Below, piece after piece: positions 38,948 through 48,411 of a DNA stretch of 64,000 nt. Location of the stretch: positions 6,453 through 70,452 of IMG/VR virus record IMGVR_UViG_3300030328_001739. The stretch is one strand, 5' to 3'. The DNA is from a virus. The first letter of the stretch is position 1. Each line of letters starts with the position of its first letter. The notes under the pieces were generated by a model. It was not told where the DNA came from and did no database searches. It saw nothing but the letters and a program-made list of their open reading frames with translations. Made by a program: the position numbers and the translations under genes.

Positions 38948-40654
38948 TCAGACTGCCCCTCCGAGGTCAAAGACCTCTTCATATTCGGCTGCTTTGGTAA
39001 CTTCGTTAGGGTCTAGACCAATCATTTTCAAGTCATTCACATTCCAATCTGCTAGCCCTTCTAAGAAGGCTTGACGGACTGGAATACCATGAACTTGAGT
39101 CATAGTATATGCTGTCTGTAAGTGTCTTGGGCTGATTATCCTTTGGATATTTGCATTATTCATCTTGTTTCTAGTATCAAGGAACAGGTTCCTTAATTCA
39201 GCATTAGGACAGAAAGACTTCTCTAAGTCTTCATCATAACCCCACTCGATTATTCCTCCAGCAAATCTGTTCAAGGTTGCTCCGTCTAACTTGTTAGCAG
39301 CGTTGTAAGTTCTATTACTACCATGACCGAAGGTATTAGCAGTACAGATGAAGATTGCATCTTCATGTCTTTTAGCAACTGAACCATCAGGAAGAGGCCA
39401 ACTAGAACCTGCTAAAGCAGCATTCAAAGCAACTGCGGTTCCTGTTGCTAATCTATCAAACTCATCGAAGATGAGAACACCACCATTAATGTAAGTCTCG
39501 ACTATTTTAGACATAGTATAAACTGGACTACCATCGGAGATGTTTGGTATAGTTGAACCAGTTATCTCAGTTGGTAGCATTTCTTCATTACATGAGACAA
39601 TAACTAAGTCTGACGCTGAATGAATACCACCTGCTTCCTTTGGAATATTTAGCAACGCTCTGAAAACTTGTTCAGCACCGTAGGTCTTTCCACTTCCAGC
39701 AGGACCAACTAAAAGACTAGCAAGTCTTTTGTTAGCAACCGTTGTTCGACAGTTACGAAGTAATCTAGCAAATCTACCATGAACTTTCTCCTCAAATATT
39801 ACTGTATCATCCTTGAGTGCAGTAAGACGCAAAGGAGCAGCAGCAGCAATATCTTTCACCGTTGACATCATTTCATCGAACTCTGAACGTAGTTCACCTT
39901 GAAGGCTTCCAGTAAACTGAGAAGCCCAATTGTTCAAAGGTTGCTTAATCAAATCGAAGATTACATTTCCTTGCTCTGAAACTACGCCAGTCGAAGACGG
40001 TGCAGGGTTTGGTATTGAAGGAACTTCGTCTTTTGGTTGCTTCTTTGGTACCTTTGGTAAAGGTGTTGGATTACCTTTTGGATGGTAATGAAGAAGGTAA
40101 CTTCTTGGCAATTTACCCCAATTATCCGAAGTAGTATCAGGATGATGAACGTAGTTCAAACCGTTGCTAGTTGAATCATCTAAGGATAAGTAGGAAGGCT
40201 TCATGTAATCCCACAAACCTTCAATAGCATGAGTATAAACTATGAGTTTATTAGCCTCATTCGGATTTCCTTTAGACCTTCTTTGAACAGCCGGAACTTT
40301 GTTCTCCGAACAACTTAAGTGAACCCATTGGGTTCCTTTTCGGTCTAGTCTAAGGACATTCAAGACTTCGTCTCCTTGCATTTCAGAACCACAAATAGGG
40401 CAATCACTTGACTTCTCGGCTTTCAGCCTATAAGCACCACTATAACGACCTTTAATTCTCTGTCGTAGTACATCCAAGTCCGAATCTGAAACTATTCCTG
40501 CGAAGCCAACGAACGATAGTGTAGAAACTATCAATTCGATGTATTCTCCGAATAGTCCAAGACCCATATCAACCGAAGGTAGGACTAGACCTCCGGTTAG
40601 GGCATTCAGCGTTATCAGCATCTCAATCAGGGTTTCAATCACAAAATCCATCAC
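38948..40654 (-). CDS. MoxR/CobS-like AAA+ ATPase with hydrophobic N-terminus and Zn motif
   Basis: GPAGSGKT, LIFDEFD, TANTFGHG, LDGATLNRF, ISPR; N-terminal CPICG..HLSC. Confidence 0.85.
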   Translation of the reverse strand: MMDFVIETLIEMLITLNALTGGLVLPSVDMGLGLFGEYIELIVSTLSFVGFAGIVSDSDLDVLRQRIKGRYSGAYRLKAEKSSDCPICGSEMQGDEVLNVLRLDRKGTQWVHLSCSENKVPAVQRRSKGNPNEANKLIVYTHAIEGLWDYMKPSYLSLDDSTSNGLNYVHHPDTTSDNWGKLPRSYLLHYHPKGNPTPLPKVPKKQPKDEVPSIPNPAPSSTGVVSEQGNVIFDLIKQPLNNWASQFTGSLQGELRSEFDEMMSTVKDIAAAAPLRLTALKDDTVIFEEKVHGRFARLLRNCRTTVANKRLASLLVGPAGSGKTYGAEQVFRALLNIPKEAGGIHSASDLVIVSCNEEMLPTEITGSTIPNISDGSPVYTMSKIVETYINGGVLIFDEFDRLATGTAVALNAALAGSSWPLPDGSVAKRHEDAIFICTANTFGHGSNRTYNAANKLDGATLNRFAGGIIEWGYDEDLEKSFCPNAELRNLFLDTRNKMNNANIQRIISPRHLQTAYTMTQVHGIPVRQAFLEGLADWNVNDLKMIGLDPNEVTKAAEYEEVFDLGGAV

Positions 40655-40659
40655 TTTAA

Positions 40660-41045
40660 TCCCGTAGGTATCCGCACTAAAAGGTTATCGGTCTAGTACT
40701 AGACTACGCAGGGCTTTTGGCTCCAGCCGATTTAGCAACCAAAAAAAATGAGCAAAAGTTCCAGTTCAAAATACCTTAGCAGGTATTTAGCGTACGGATA
40801 CCATTTGACTGGATTTACAATCCATTCAAATATACATACGATTCTAGCAACGACTCTACGCGGATATTCTAAAGAATATCTTCACGCTGAGAGTACACAG
40901 GAGAACGTAGGCAAGATGTTTGTTTTTTCGGCAATCTTGGAGACATATGTGGCCCACACCGATTCCACGCAGGGACTTCTGATGTCTCCCCCTGTGCGAG
41001 AATCCTACGTGCGAGATGTTTGGTTTTGAAGCCATTTTTAGCAAC
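40660..41045. other. highly structured non-coding element
   Basis: GTCTAGTACTAGAC palindrome; AAATACCT/AGGTATTT, GATATTC/GAATATC, ACGTAGG/CCTACGT and GGAGACAT/ATGTCTCC stems; no credible ORF. Confidence 0.55.
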
Positions 41046-41310
41046 AAAATAAAACCAATTATCTATATTATCTGATAATATAGTTAATTGACCGGACAAA
41101 AAAAAACTGAGAAAAGTTCGATGACTTTCAGTCATATCTAAACGAAAAGATTTGACCGATGGTTTTAGTTTTTGAATCTCGATTCAATATCTAGCAACCA
41201 ACTACTTCTAGAGAATAGGCTAATTTTGGTTGGCTTGTCTAAAGACAAAAAAAAGTTTGAAAGAAACCAACCTTATATCAATTAGTCGAAGACTAACTCT
41301 GATAAGAAAT

Positions 41311-41353
41311 AAAAAAAAGGAGAAGCCAACAGTCGAAGACTGCTGACCCCTCC
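41311..41353 (-). terminator. hairpin plus oligo-T terminator
   Basis: Imperfect stem with CAGTC-GAA-GACTG core next to an A8 run, downstream of 41421..42293. Confidence 0.55.
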
Positions 41354-41420
41354 AGTTTGAGAACTTTTCTTTAACTTATTTTCACCTCCTTTATTTCCAT
41401 TCTAATCTTCGATTAAATCC

Positions 41421-42293
41421 TCAATAGTTCCTTGAATTGTAAATCTCCAAAGTGTCATCGTAGATGAACTTCATTTCTTTGCAGACTTCTTTGAAGTCTG
41501 ATTTGGAAGAATGAGTAAACTCAATGATGCTTTCAAGCATCACTTTCCATTCAAAACCATACCAATCTTTCACTAGAAACTTATTCTCCATTTCCTCGAT
41601 TATGTCCTCTAAAGAGGACATATTTTCCTTAATGTTTCCAGTAGTTAGAGCATTCATAAACCGATTCTCCAACTCTATGAGTTGCTTTCCGGTTACTTCG
41701 TCAGTTTCTAATTCATCGAATAACTCTGTTATTCGGATTCCTAGATACGACACTTCATCTTTGATGAACTTCTCTTCATCTTCGATGAACTTTGAGATTT
41801 TGTTGTCTAACCTATGGTTCTGTTCCAAATCAATCGTAGATTGAACATCGAAGTATTCTTTAGCCCTTTTAATCATCCTTTTACTGCCGAAGGCAGTAAG
41901 AATTAGATTCCAGTTGATAAGAAAATCTTCGGAACAGACTTCGTCTTCATCGTCATCCCAATCTTCGAAGAAGATTGAAAGACAATCTCCATCGAAAAGA
42001 AAACAAAATATTCGATAATCCGATAGGAACTCTTCATCGGAGATGAAGTAATTCCATCGAAGATAAACCAGTTCATCCAATAAATTGGATGGTGGGGTAT
42101 AGGACCTGATACTTCGTATCAGTTTTTCTCTGAACTGAGGGCCTCCTTCCCTCAAAAATCTCTCGAAAGGAATGTCCCTTTCAGGGACATCCTCCAAGAT
42201 TGGGGAATGCCTTACGGCATTCTCCACAGTCGTCATTTTTGCATCATCATTTTTCTGCATCTTTGTCATGCTTTTTTCCTCCTTTTTTTTCAA
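41421..42293 (-). CDS. highly acidic hypothetical protein
   Basis: 290 aa, D/E-rich, helical; gene contains many perfect hairpins. Confidence 0.6.
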   Translation of the reverse strand: MKKKEEKSMTKMQKNDDAKMTTVENAVRHSPILEDVPERDIPFERFLREGGPQFREKLIRSIRSYTPPSNLLDELVYLRWNYFISDEEFLSDYRIFCFLFDGDCLSIFFEDWDDDEDEVCSEDFLINWNLILTAFGSKRMIKRAKEYFDVQSTIDLEQNHRLDNKISKFIEDEEKFIKDEVSYLGIRITELFDELETDEVTGKQLIELENRFMNALTTGNIKENMSSLEDIIEEMENKFLVKDWYGFEWKVMLESIIEFTHSSKSDFKEVCKEMKFIYDDTLEIYNSRNY

Positions 42294-42311
42294 TTTGCTC
42301 CTTTGGTTCTT

Positions 42312-42815
42312 TCAGAACCTAGTATCATCAATTTGGTCTTCATACATTGAGTCTAAATTGGCGTTCAGTACAGCGATTCCATCAACTTCAACCATTAGTT
42401 TCAAGTCAAACATATTATCATCTGCTCTTTCCCTCGTTTCTGCGGTAAAAACGAAGGTAAAGTCCTCGCAATTATCCTGATACAACCAGTCATCAATTCG
42501 ATGCTCAAGATTAGAGCAGTCAATCGTTTCCATGTCTTTTTCAAGTAAGAATCCGGTATGATAAGTCCCGTCATCCTCAAGAAGCGTCATCATCAGAACT
42601 GCTTCATCAGAGAAGGGGTCATTGTCAAACCATACACTAAAGTGTATGAGTTCGGGGATTCCTGAACTTTCGACGGGGAAATCAAAACGGTTTCCAAATC
42701 CAAGTTCAAAAATTGCCTGAGAATCCTCAGGTCTTTCCTGTTCAGAACCCCTAAAGGGGTTCTCCATAGGGCAATCATCGTTGTCAGCCTCCTCAAAGAA
42801 TGTATCATCATCCAT
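42312..42815 (-). CDS. extremely acidic protein (DNA-mimic candidate)
   Basis: 167 aa with roughly 30% D/E, very few K/R and many Phe; first gene of the leftward early unit. Confidence 0.6.
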   Translation of the reverse strand: MDDDTFFEEADNDDCPMENPFRGSEQERPEDSQAIFELGFGNRFDFPVESSGIPELIHFSVWFDNDPFSDEAVLMMTLLEDDGTYHTGFLLEKDMETIDCSNLEHRIDDWLYQDNCEDFTFVFTAETRERADDNMFDLKLMVEVDGIAVLNANLDSMYEDQIDDTRF

Positions 42816-43067
42816 GTTTTTCGGATTGAGTGTAAGTTTTTAACACTTAGCAACCGAACAATAAGCGAGCAGTACAGCGTTTTTGATGATTTAGCAACCA
42901 GATTTTAACTATGAAAAATAGAGCCAAAAACAGGGTCCGAGGCGACCCTATTATACGCTAACCCCCTCTCGTAATTTTTATTTTTTTTTTTGAAAACCAC
43001 TAAATCTCCTTAAAAAGAATATAAAGTTTACATAATCTTAATATATCAGCGAACATGACGTTACGTT

Positions 43068-43391
43068 ATGCCAAAGAACCGACAATTGAAGAATGTAATA
43101 ATGGGACACCACATAGTAGACGGAGGCGTAGATACCGCCGACCTATCTTCTAGCGTAACTGCTGTACTAGCGGATTATGCAGTAGAAGTAACAACTGCTG
43201 GTGGAAGTGCTACCGAAGCACTAACTGTTGCTGGCGTTACAACCGCTTCAAAGATTATCGCAACTCTAAAGGATGATGGAAGTAATAACATAACCATTAA
43301 GACCGCTAAGGCGACTGGAGACAACGCTGTAACTGTTGTTTTCTCAGGCGACCCGGGTAATGATGCTATCGTTGCTATCGCAGCATTCTAG
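43068..43391 (+). CDS. small A/T/V/G-rich putative virion protein
   Basis: Beta-rich composition; own TAATATAT box at -29; convergent with TerL. Confidence 0.55.
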   Translation: MPKNRQLKNVIMGHHIVDGGVDTADLSSSVTAVLADYAVEVTTAGGSATEALTVAGVTTASKIIATLKDDGSNNITIKTAKATGDNAVTVVFSGDPGNDAIVAIAAF

Positions 43392-44905
43392 AGTCTGAAT
43401 CTAACATACCTTGAATTAGAGTCTCTATGTGGACTACTTCTAGGTTTATCCTTAGACTTACCCCAAGAACCAACAGAAGCACTACCTCCAACCATAGGAG
43501 AATCATTTCCTTGTTTACTTTGGAACTGGTCTACTGCATGAGCAAGAGCCATAACAATATCGTTATGCCTACCTTTGTCAACAATAATGCCCCCATCCCA
43601 AGCATGAGTTTCTAATTCTTCTAACATTTCATTCATTATCTTTCTAGTATGGTCGTTTCCATAGGGGATAATTATTTTACCTTGTTCAAACCAACTTCTT
43701 AGTCTCATAAGTAGTGATTGCTTCATAACTCTATTCTGTACTGGGCTACCTCGATAATCTACGTTTGCCCCTTTATTCACTAGCAACGCTTGATACAGTC
43801 TTTGAAAACCAGCAGACTCGGCAGCAAAGATAGGATTCTTATATACACTACATAATCTAATAATTTCATCTGCTTGTTTACTAGGCTCAAAGTCATTATG
43901 TCTCCATACATTAACAATATGTAGAAACCCTTCTGTATCTTGTCTTAGTACAACCATAACGCTGTAATCTTTACCTATACCATGAGAAGGGTCAAACCCT
44001 ATAACATATCTACCACTATGTTGTTTTTCGTATTCTAATGTAGCATCCATGTCTAAATGCTTTCTAGTTAATCTAGAAGGATATACAGCAGAGTCGTCAT
44101 CAACTACTCTACATAAATACTCTTGTGAAAATGCTAACTCACCCATAGCAACACGTTGCTCTAGTAAAAACTCTACACTTCTATACTCAGGCCAAAGGCA
44201 TTTGGGGATTACATTATTAGGGTCTTTAGACCATTCATCGTAATTAATAATGCTACCCTCCTTCCAACTCTTCCAAGCCTCATTGTTTAGCATTTCTGTA
44301 TGATATAAGTCTGTTAACGCTAATGGCGTACCTACTACGAAGATAGATGTATCAGGACTCAGCATAGGGGTCATTTTCTTACGAAACCAGTTACGGACTA
44401 CTTCATCAGACATATCACCTGAATCATCTAATACGTCATCTAGGATAATACGAGCAGGGTGTTCTCCACGAATAGCAGAACCTACTGATGATGCTTTAAT
44501 CCAAGAACCATTATTAAGACGCAGTTCCCATTTACCGCCACGCTTCTCATCAAGCATTTTAGACAAATCGGGATGTCTTCTCATGTCTTCTCTTATTTCT
44601 TCTAGTCTGTTTGCTGCTAAGTCTTTACTAGCAGAGAACAACCAAGTTGTAAAGGGCTTATTACGCCATTTTTCAAATAAAAGGGAATGTAATGCTTTAA
44701 CTCTTAATGTAGTGGATTTACTATGGTCCCTCGGAGCAATCAATAACACACGATGTACTTGTGAGCCTTTACGGTCATTGAACAGTTCAAACCATTCACC
44801 TATGTGATTACCCCAAGTGTAACCTAGCCATTCGTAAAAATGTTGGTGGTCGTATCTACTTCTTTGTAGATTGAAACTACTCATCAGTCCATTCATATTC
44901 ATCAC
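43388..44905 (-). CDS. terL: terminase large subunit
   Basis: APRDHSKS, IRGEHP, ILDD, VVGTP, FSQEY, GFDPS..DYS, HNDIVMALA. Confidence 0.95.
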   Translation of the reverse strand: MMNMNGLMSSFNLQRSRYDHQHFYEWLGYTWGNHIGEWFELFNDRKGSQVHRVLLIAPRDHSKSTTLRVKALHSLLFEKWRNKPFTTWLFSASKDLAANRLEEIREDMRRHPDLSKMLDEKRGGKWELRLNNGSWIKASSVGSAIRGEHPARIILDDVLDDSGDMSDEVVRNWFRKKMTPMLSPDTSIFVVGTPLALTDLYHTEMLNNEAWKSWKEGSIINYDEWSKDPNNVIPKCLWPEYRSVEFLLEQRVAMGELAFSQEYLCRVVDDDSAVYPSRLTRKHLDMDATLEYEKQHSGRYVIGFDPSHGIGKDYSVMVVLRQDTEGFLHIVNVWRHNDFEPSKQADEIIRLCSVYKNPIFAAESAGFQRLYQALLVNKGANVDYRGSPVQNRVMKQSLLMRLRSWFEQGKIIIPYGNDHTRKIMNEMLEELETHAWDGGIIVDKGRHNDIVMALAHAVDQFQSKQGNDSPMVGGSASVGSWGKSKDKPRSSPHRDSNSRYVRFRL

Positions 44906-45107
44906 TCATCATAGTGCTATTTAAGATTAGTGGAAAACCAACCCACTCAGCCATATACTCTACTAGGCTTTCTATTTCAGACCTATCTAATATTGCTGTC
45001 ATCATAGATTGTGTTTCATCAACTAAACAAATTACCAATGAGTCTTCGTCATCTACTGATTCACCAACTATTACAGCAGAGTCATTTGTTTGCCAACCAT
45101 CAACCAT
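44877..45107 (-). CDS. small acidic hypothetical protein
   Basis: Coupled between the phosphoesterase and TerL. Confidence 0.5.
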   Translation of the reverse strand: MVDGWQTNDSAVIVGESVDDEDSLVICLVDETQSMMTAILDRSEIESLVEYMAEWVGFPLILNSTMMSDEYEWTDE

Positions 45108-46348
45108 TAATTATCACCATTTAGTGTTTTTAATGTAGCAACGCCATCTCTTAAATCAGAGAACACTTGTATATGTCTTCTATCAGGGGATAGTATAACC
45201 ATAGGACAGGTAGCCCTTTCTTTTTGGAAACCAATCATTTCAGCAAAACTGTCTATTAGTTTATATGAACCCGGCCTAACAGCCCAACGCTCAAGACCAT
45301 GACGGGTGAACGGTTCTATTACAGGCGTGTGGTGATGACCTACTACACCTATATCAAAATCACACTCACCATCTTCCCACATCTTTTTAATTACTCTAGC
45401 AGGGTTAAGGGATGAGTTACCTCTTCTTTTGTGTCTAATAGAGAAGTTATAGGGGATATTATTAACTAACAGACGAATATTCAGTTCGTGGGCGTGGTAG
45501 ATGACATCTAGGTCTGCTACTTTCTTAGCAAGAGGGTCATAGTCTGTTGCACCACTAGTCCAAAGGTCGTGATTACCTGCTACTACTGCTAATATTTTAT
45601 CACCAAACATATCTAGGTAGTGGTCGCATAACTTCCATTGAACAGAAGGAGGGATACGTTGTTTCATAGCAGGTCTTGGTTTGTCAATCATAAAGTTATC
45701 AATAAAGTCTCCAGCGTGGATAACAAAGCAATTGTCTGTATCACGTACTAGTTCAGCATCTTCACGCATACGTGCGTGGTCTGTATAACTATTACCTATA
45801 TGTTGGTCGCTCGCTAAAGCAACACCTATGTAGCCTTTTGTGTTAAAGGTGATTTCAGCCCATCTAGCACTCTCCATATTAGTAATGCTTTTTGCTGATA
45901 ACTCTTCAACAGAAGCCCAAAGGTCTTCTACGCCTTGACTTATGCTTTTTAGATGTGTAGTTGTAAACTCATTCTTTTCTATTATAGTTAATGCGTTGTT
46001 AATTTTAGCATTGTGTATTCTTGCCTCCCAAGCCTTAATACTAATTTCAGGATGTTCTGCGTGAAGTTTTCTAGATAAAGACCTAGCAGTACCCTCCCAA
46101 GATTCAGGAATGTATTTATTTAGATTATTAGCCTTAGCATAAAATGTTTCAGGTACTTCTTCAGGGAAATCTTTTCTAAATGTTCGTACCTGCCAACGCC
46201 ATGCTTCTGTGGACTTCTCTTTGTATATGTTGCTAAGAAATCTAGCAAAGGCTGTATCTGAACCTAATTCGTGCCAATCTTCTTTGTGTTTTCGTATAGT
46301 ATTTAATTCGGGTGTTTTCATGCTTGTACGGCTTCCCATAGACCACAC
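45107..46348 (-). CDS. calcineurin-like metallophosphoesterase with N-terminal helical domains
   Basis: SDQHIG, GDFID, GNHD, RH, GHHH; start probably ATG 46339. Confidence 0.85.
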   Translation of the reverse strand: MWSMGSRTSMKTPELNTIRKHKEDWHELGSDTAFARFLSNIYKEKSTEAWRWQVRTFRKDFPEEVPETFYAKANNLNKYIPESWEGTARSLSRKLHAEHPEISIKAWEARIHNAKINNALTIIEKNEFTTTHLKSISQGVEDLWASVEELSAKSITNMESARWAEITFNTKGYIGVALASDQHIGNSYTDHARMREDAELVRDTDNCFVIHAGDFIDNFMIDKPRPAMKQRIPPSVQWKLCDHYLDMFGDKILAVVAGNHDLWTSGATDYDPLAKKVADLDVIYHAHELNIRLLVNNIPYNFSIRHKRRGNSSLNPARVIKKMWEDGECDFDIGVVGHHHTPVIEPFTRHGLERWAVRPGSYKLIDSFAEMIGFQKERATCPMVILSPDRRHIQVFSDLRDGVATLKTLNGDN

Positions 46349-46431
46349 TAGGAAACAGATGCCTTATTAACTTTAATTAATTTTGTTGTTTTTAATTATT
46401 TCAGAAAGAATACTTTAGACTAGTATAACAC

Positions 46432-46582
46432 TTTTTTTATTCTTTTAATACTCTATGGGGTATTTTAGGAAAAGGGGGTAGTATAAATCTCTAAATGTCT
46501 TATAGAGTATTGAAAGAATAAAATAAACGCTGTGCTGAAAGCAAGTAATTTGTATTTATTAATTTTAGTAACAAAAAGAATA
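46432..46582. repeat. AT-rich palindromic element, copy 2
   Basis: Internal inverted repeat TTTTATTCTTTTAATACTCTAT / ATAGAGTATTGAAAGAATAAAA; several AAAGAATA copies; lies between divergent operons. Confidence 0.8.
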
Positions 46583-46625
46583 AAAATCTAAATGGTGATA
46601 TATCGAAGGTTTTTGTTGTTGAGAT

Positions 46626-46901
46626 ATGGATGAGGCGACACTTGCGGTTATGGCGAGATTAGATTTAGTTAGAGATGATGTATCTGACATAAAGACTGTT
46701 TTGAGAGAACAACAAAAAGAACACGCAAGTCATGGTGAAAGACTAACAGAAGTAGAATCATCATTACTTGTAGTAAAAAGTAATCAAGAAAAGATATTAG
46801 ATGGTCCTGTGTATAGTTTAGACCGCTTTATTACAAAAAGAGTAGCACAGATGACAGGCGGTATGGGTATGGTGCTTTATATTCTTTACTCTATGCTTTA
46901 G
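46626..46901 (+). CDS. coiled-coil protein with C-terminal hydrophobic segment
   Basis: Heptad pattern then hydrophobic tail. Confidence 0.55.
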   Translation: MDEATLAVMARLDLVRDDVSDIKTVLREQQKEHASHGERLTEVESSLLVVKSNQEKILDGPVYSLDRFITKRVAQMTGGMGMVLYILYSML

Positions 46902-46909
46902 CGAAAGGA

Positions 46910-46920
46910 TGATAAGGCAT
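46910..46920 (+). promoter_or_regulatory. class II (late) promoter TGATAAGGCAT
   Basis: At -29 of the portal ATG; TAATAAGGCAT on minus at 46359-46369 (-30 of ATG 46339); TRATAW also at 43039, 46596 and 50496 at -29/-30. Confidence 0.55.
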
Positions 46921-46938
46921 TGACAATCTCTGATAAAT

Positions 46939-48411
46939 ATGGGCTTATTCGATAGAATACTCGGAAGAAACGAAAAAATCGTTGAAAAAAGCGAAATAAA
47001 CTTCACAAACGCTTGGGCTAACGCACGAAGGGCTGATTCTAGCGAAAATCCTATGCTTTTGGCTGCTGCTGCTGGTCTTAGCGATATTATGAGTCAAAGC
47101 AACAGATTGAGAACAAATACTAACTTTGCTACTGATTTCGATATTTATGATTCAATGCTAGAGTTGGACCCCGAATTAAACGGTGCAGTACGGGCAGTAT
47201 CTCTAACTGCTAACAATTACGATATTAATTATCGTGGTGCAAAGAACTCTAAGATTAGAGAAGGAATTAGAATGTTAGTAGAAGAAACTATTGATTTCGA
47301 TGACATATTAATTAACGCCATGAGAAACCTAATGGTGTATGGTAACGATATAAACAAACTAGTTGGTAAGACTGGTGTAGGTATAACACAAGTTCAATCT
47401 TTACCAATATCACAAATGACAATAACAGACGGTAGACCTAGTACACAACAGACAGATAGGATGAATCCTATTATAGAACCAAGTACTTATATTATCAGAG
47501 AAGGAGATTCAACCGAGGAACAGTTCAATGCTGATGAGATTCTACATATTAGGATAGATTATAGAAGCCATTGGTTCTTAGATTCTGAAAACAGAGAGAC
47601 TTATGGTATATGGGGAGCATCTAGGTTTTCTTCTCTAAAACAAGCAATAAGAGCAAAATATAACACACTAAACAATAGGATGGCTTTAGAAGAATCAATG
47701 ACTAAACAATTCATAACTATTAACAGGTCTGCAATAGAACACATAACCGACCCTGATGAACAAAAGGCTAGACTTACTTTTATTATGGATGAGGTAGTAA
47801 AAACATTAGAATCACTTAGGGGCGACCAAGTTCCTATATTCCCTGATTACATAGAAATACACCATACTGACACTAGAAACACAATCCCCGACAACACTTC
47901 ATTCCTAGATACAGTAAATGCAGACATAGCGGCTGTACTACAAGTTCCAAGAGTGGCAGCAGGTCAAGAGCGTGGTTCAACCTTCGCAGCCACATATAAT
48001 GCGAATGTATGGGCTACCACCGCAATAAAGAGGCTACAAGGTATATTAGCGCAATCTATACAAGATATGTTTTCAAAACATTTAGAACTTATGGGTATAG
48101 AACACCAAATGAAAGATATTCCAAAATTAGAGTTTTCGCCAGTTGAAGACGAATCCCCTAGTGTGCGTATGCAAAGGTCGGTGTTAGGATATAATTCAGG
48201 TATACTAACATTGAATCAATCATTAGATATTATAGGTGAACCACCAATAGGTAGGATAGGAGATGTGAGAAAGGATGAAGAGGGTAGCGCACCTACTGGT
48301 AGGCTACCAAGAAGAGATTCACAGCCGGGGGTTGAAGAAACAACACCGGATTTAGAAGAAGAGGTTGAGGAGCCAATACAGGAAGAAACGGTAGAGGAGA
48401 ACGATGAGTGA
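46939..48411 (+). CDS. portal protein
   Basis: 490 aa; LMVYGN, EILHIR, YGIWGAS, IAAVLQVP, GILTLNQ patterns; positioned between TerL and the head genes. Confidence 0.85.
   Translation: MGLFDRILGRNEKIVEKSEINFTNAWANARRADSSENPMLLAAAAGLSDIMSQSNRLRTNTNFATDFDIYDSMLELDPELNGAVRAVSLTANNYDINYRGAKNSKIREGIRMLVEETIDFDDILINAMRNLMVYGNDINKLVGKTGVGITQVQSLPISQMTITDGRPSTQQTDRMNPIIEPSTYIIREGDSTEEQFNADEILHIRIDYRSHWFLDSENRETYGIWGASRFSSLKQAIRAKYNTLNNRMALEESMTKQFITINRSAIEHITDPDEQKARLTFIMDEVVKTLESLRGDQVPIFPDYIEIHHTDTRNTIPDNTSFLDTVNADIAAVLQVPRVAAGQERGSTFAATYNANVWATTAIKRLQGILAQSIQDMFSKHLELMGIEHQMKDIPKLEFSPVEDESPSVRMQRSVLGYNSGILTLNQSLDIIGEPPIGRIGDVRKDEEGSAPTGRLPRRDSQPGVEETTPDLEEEVEEPIQEETVEENDE

Noticed and set aside
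40748-41135. Three short overlapping ORFs in the structured region
   Set aside because: Conflicting strands, no SD or promoter, atypical composition; better explained as non-coding.
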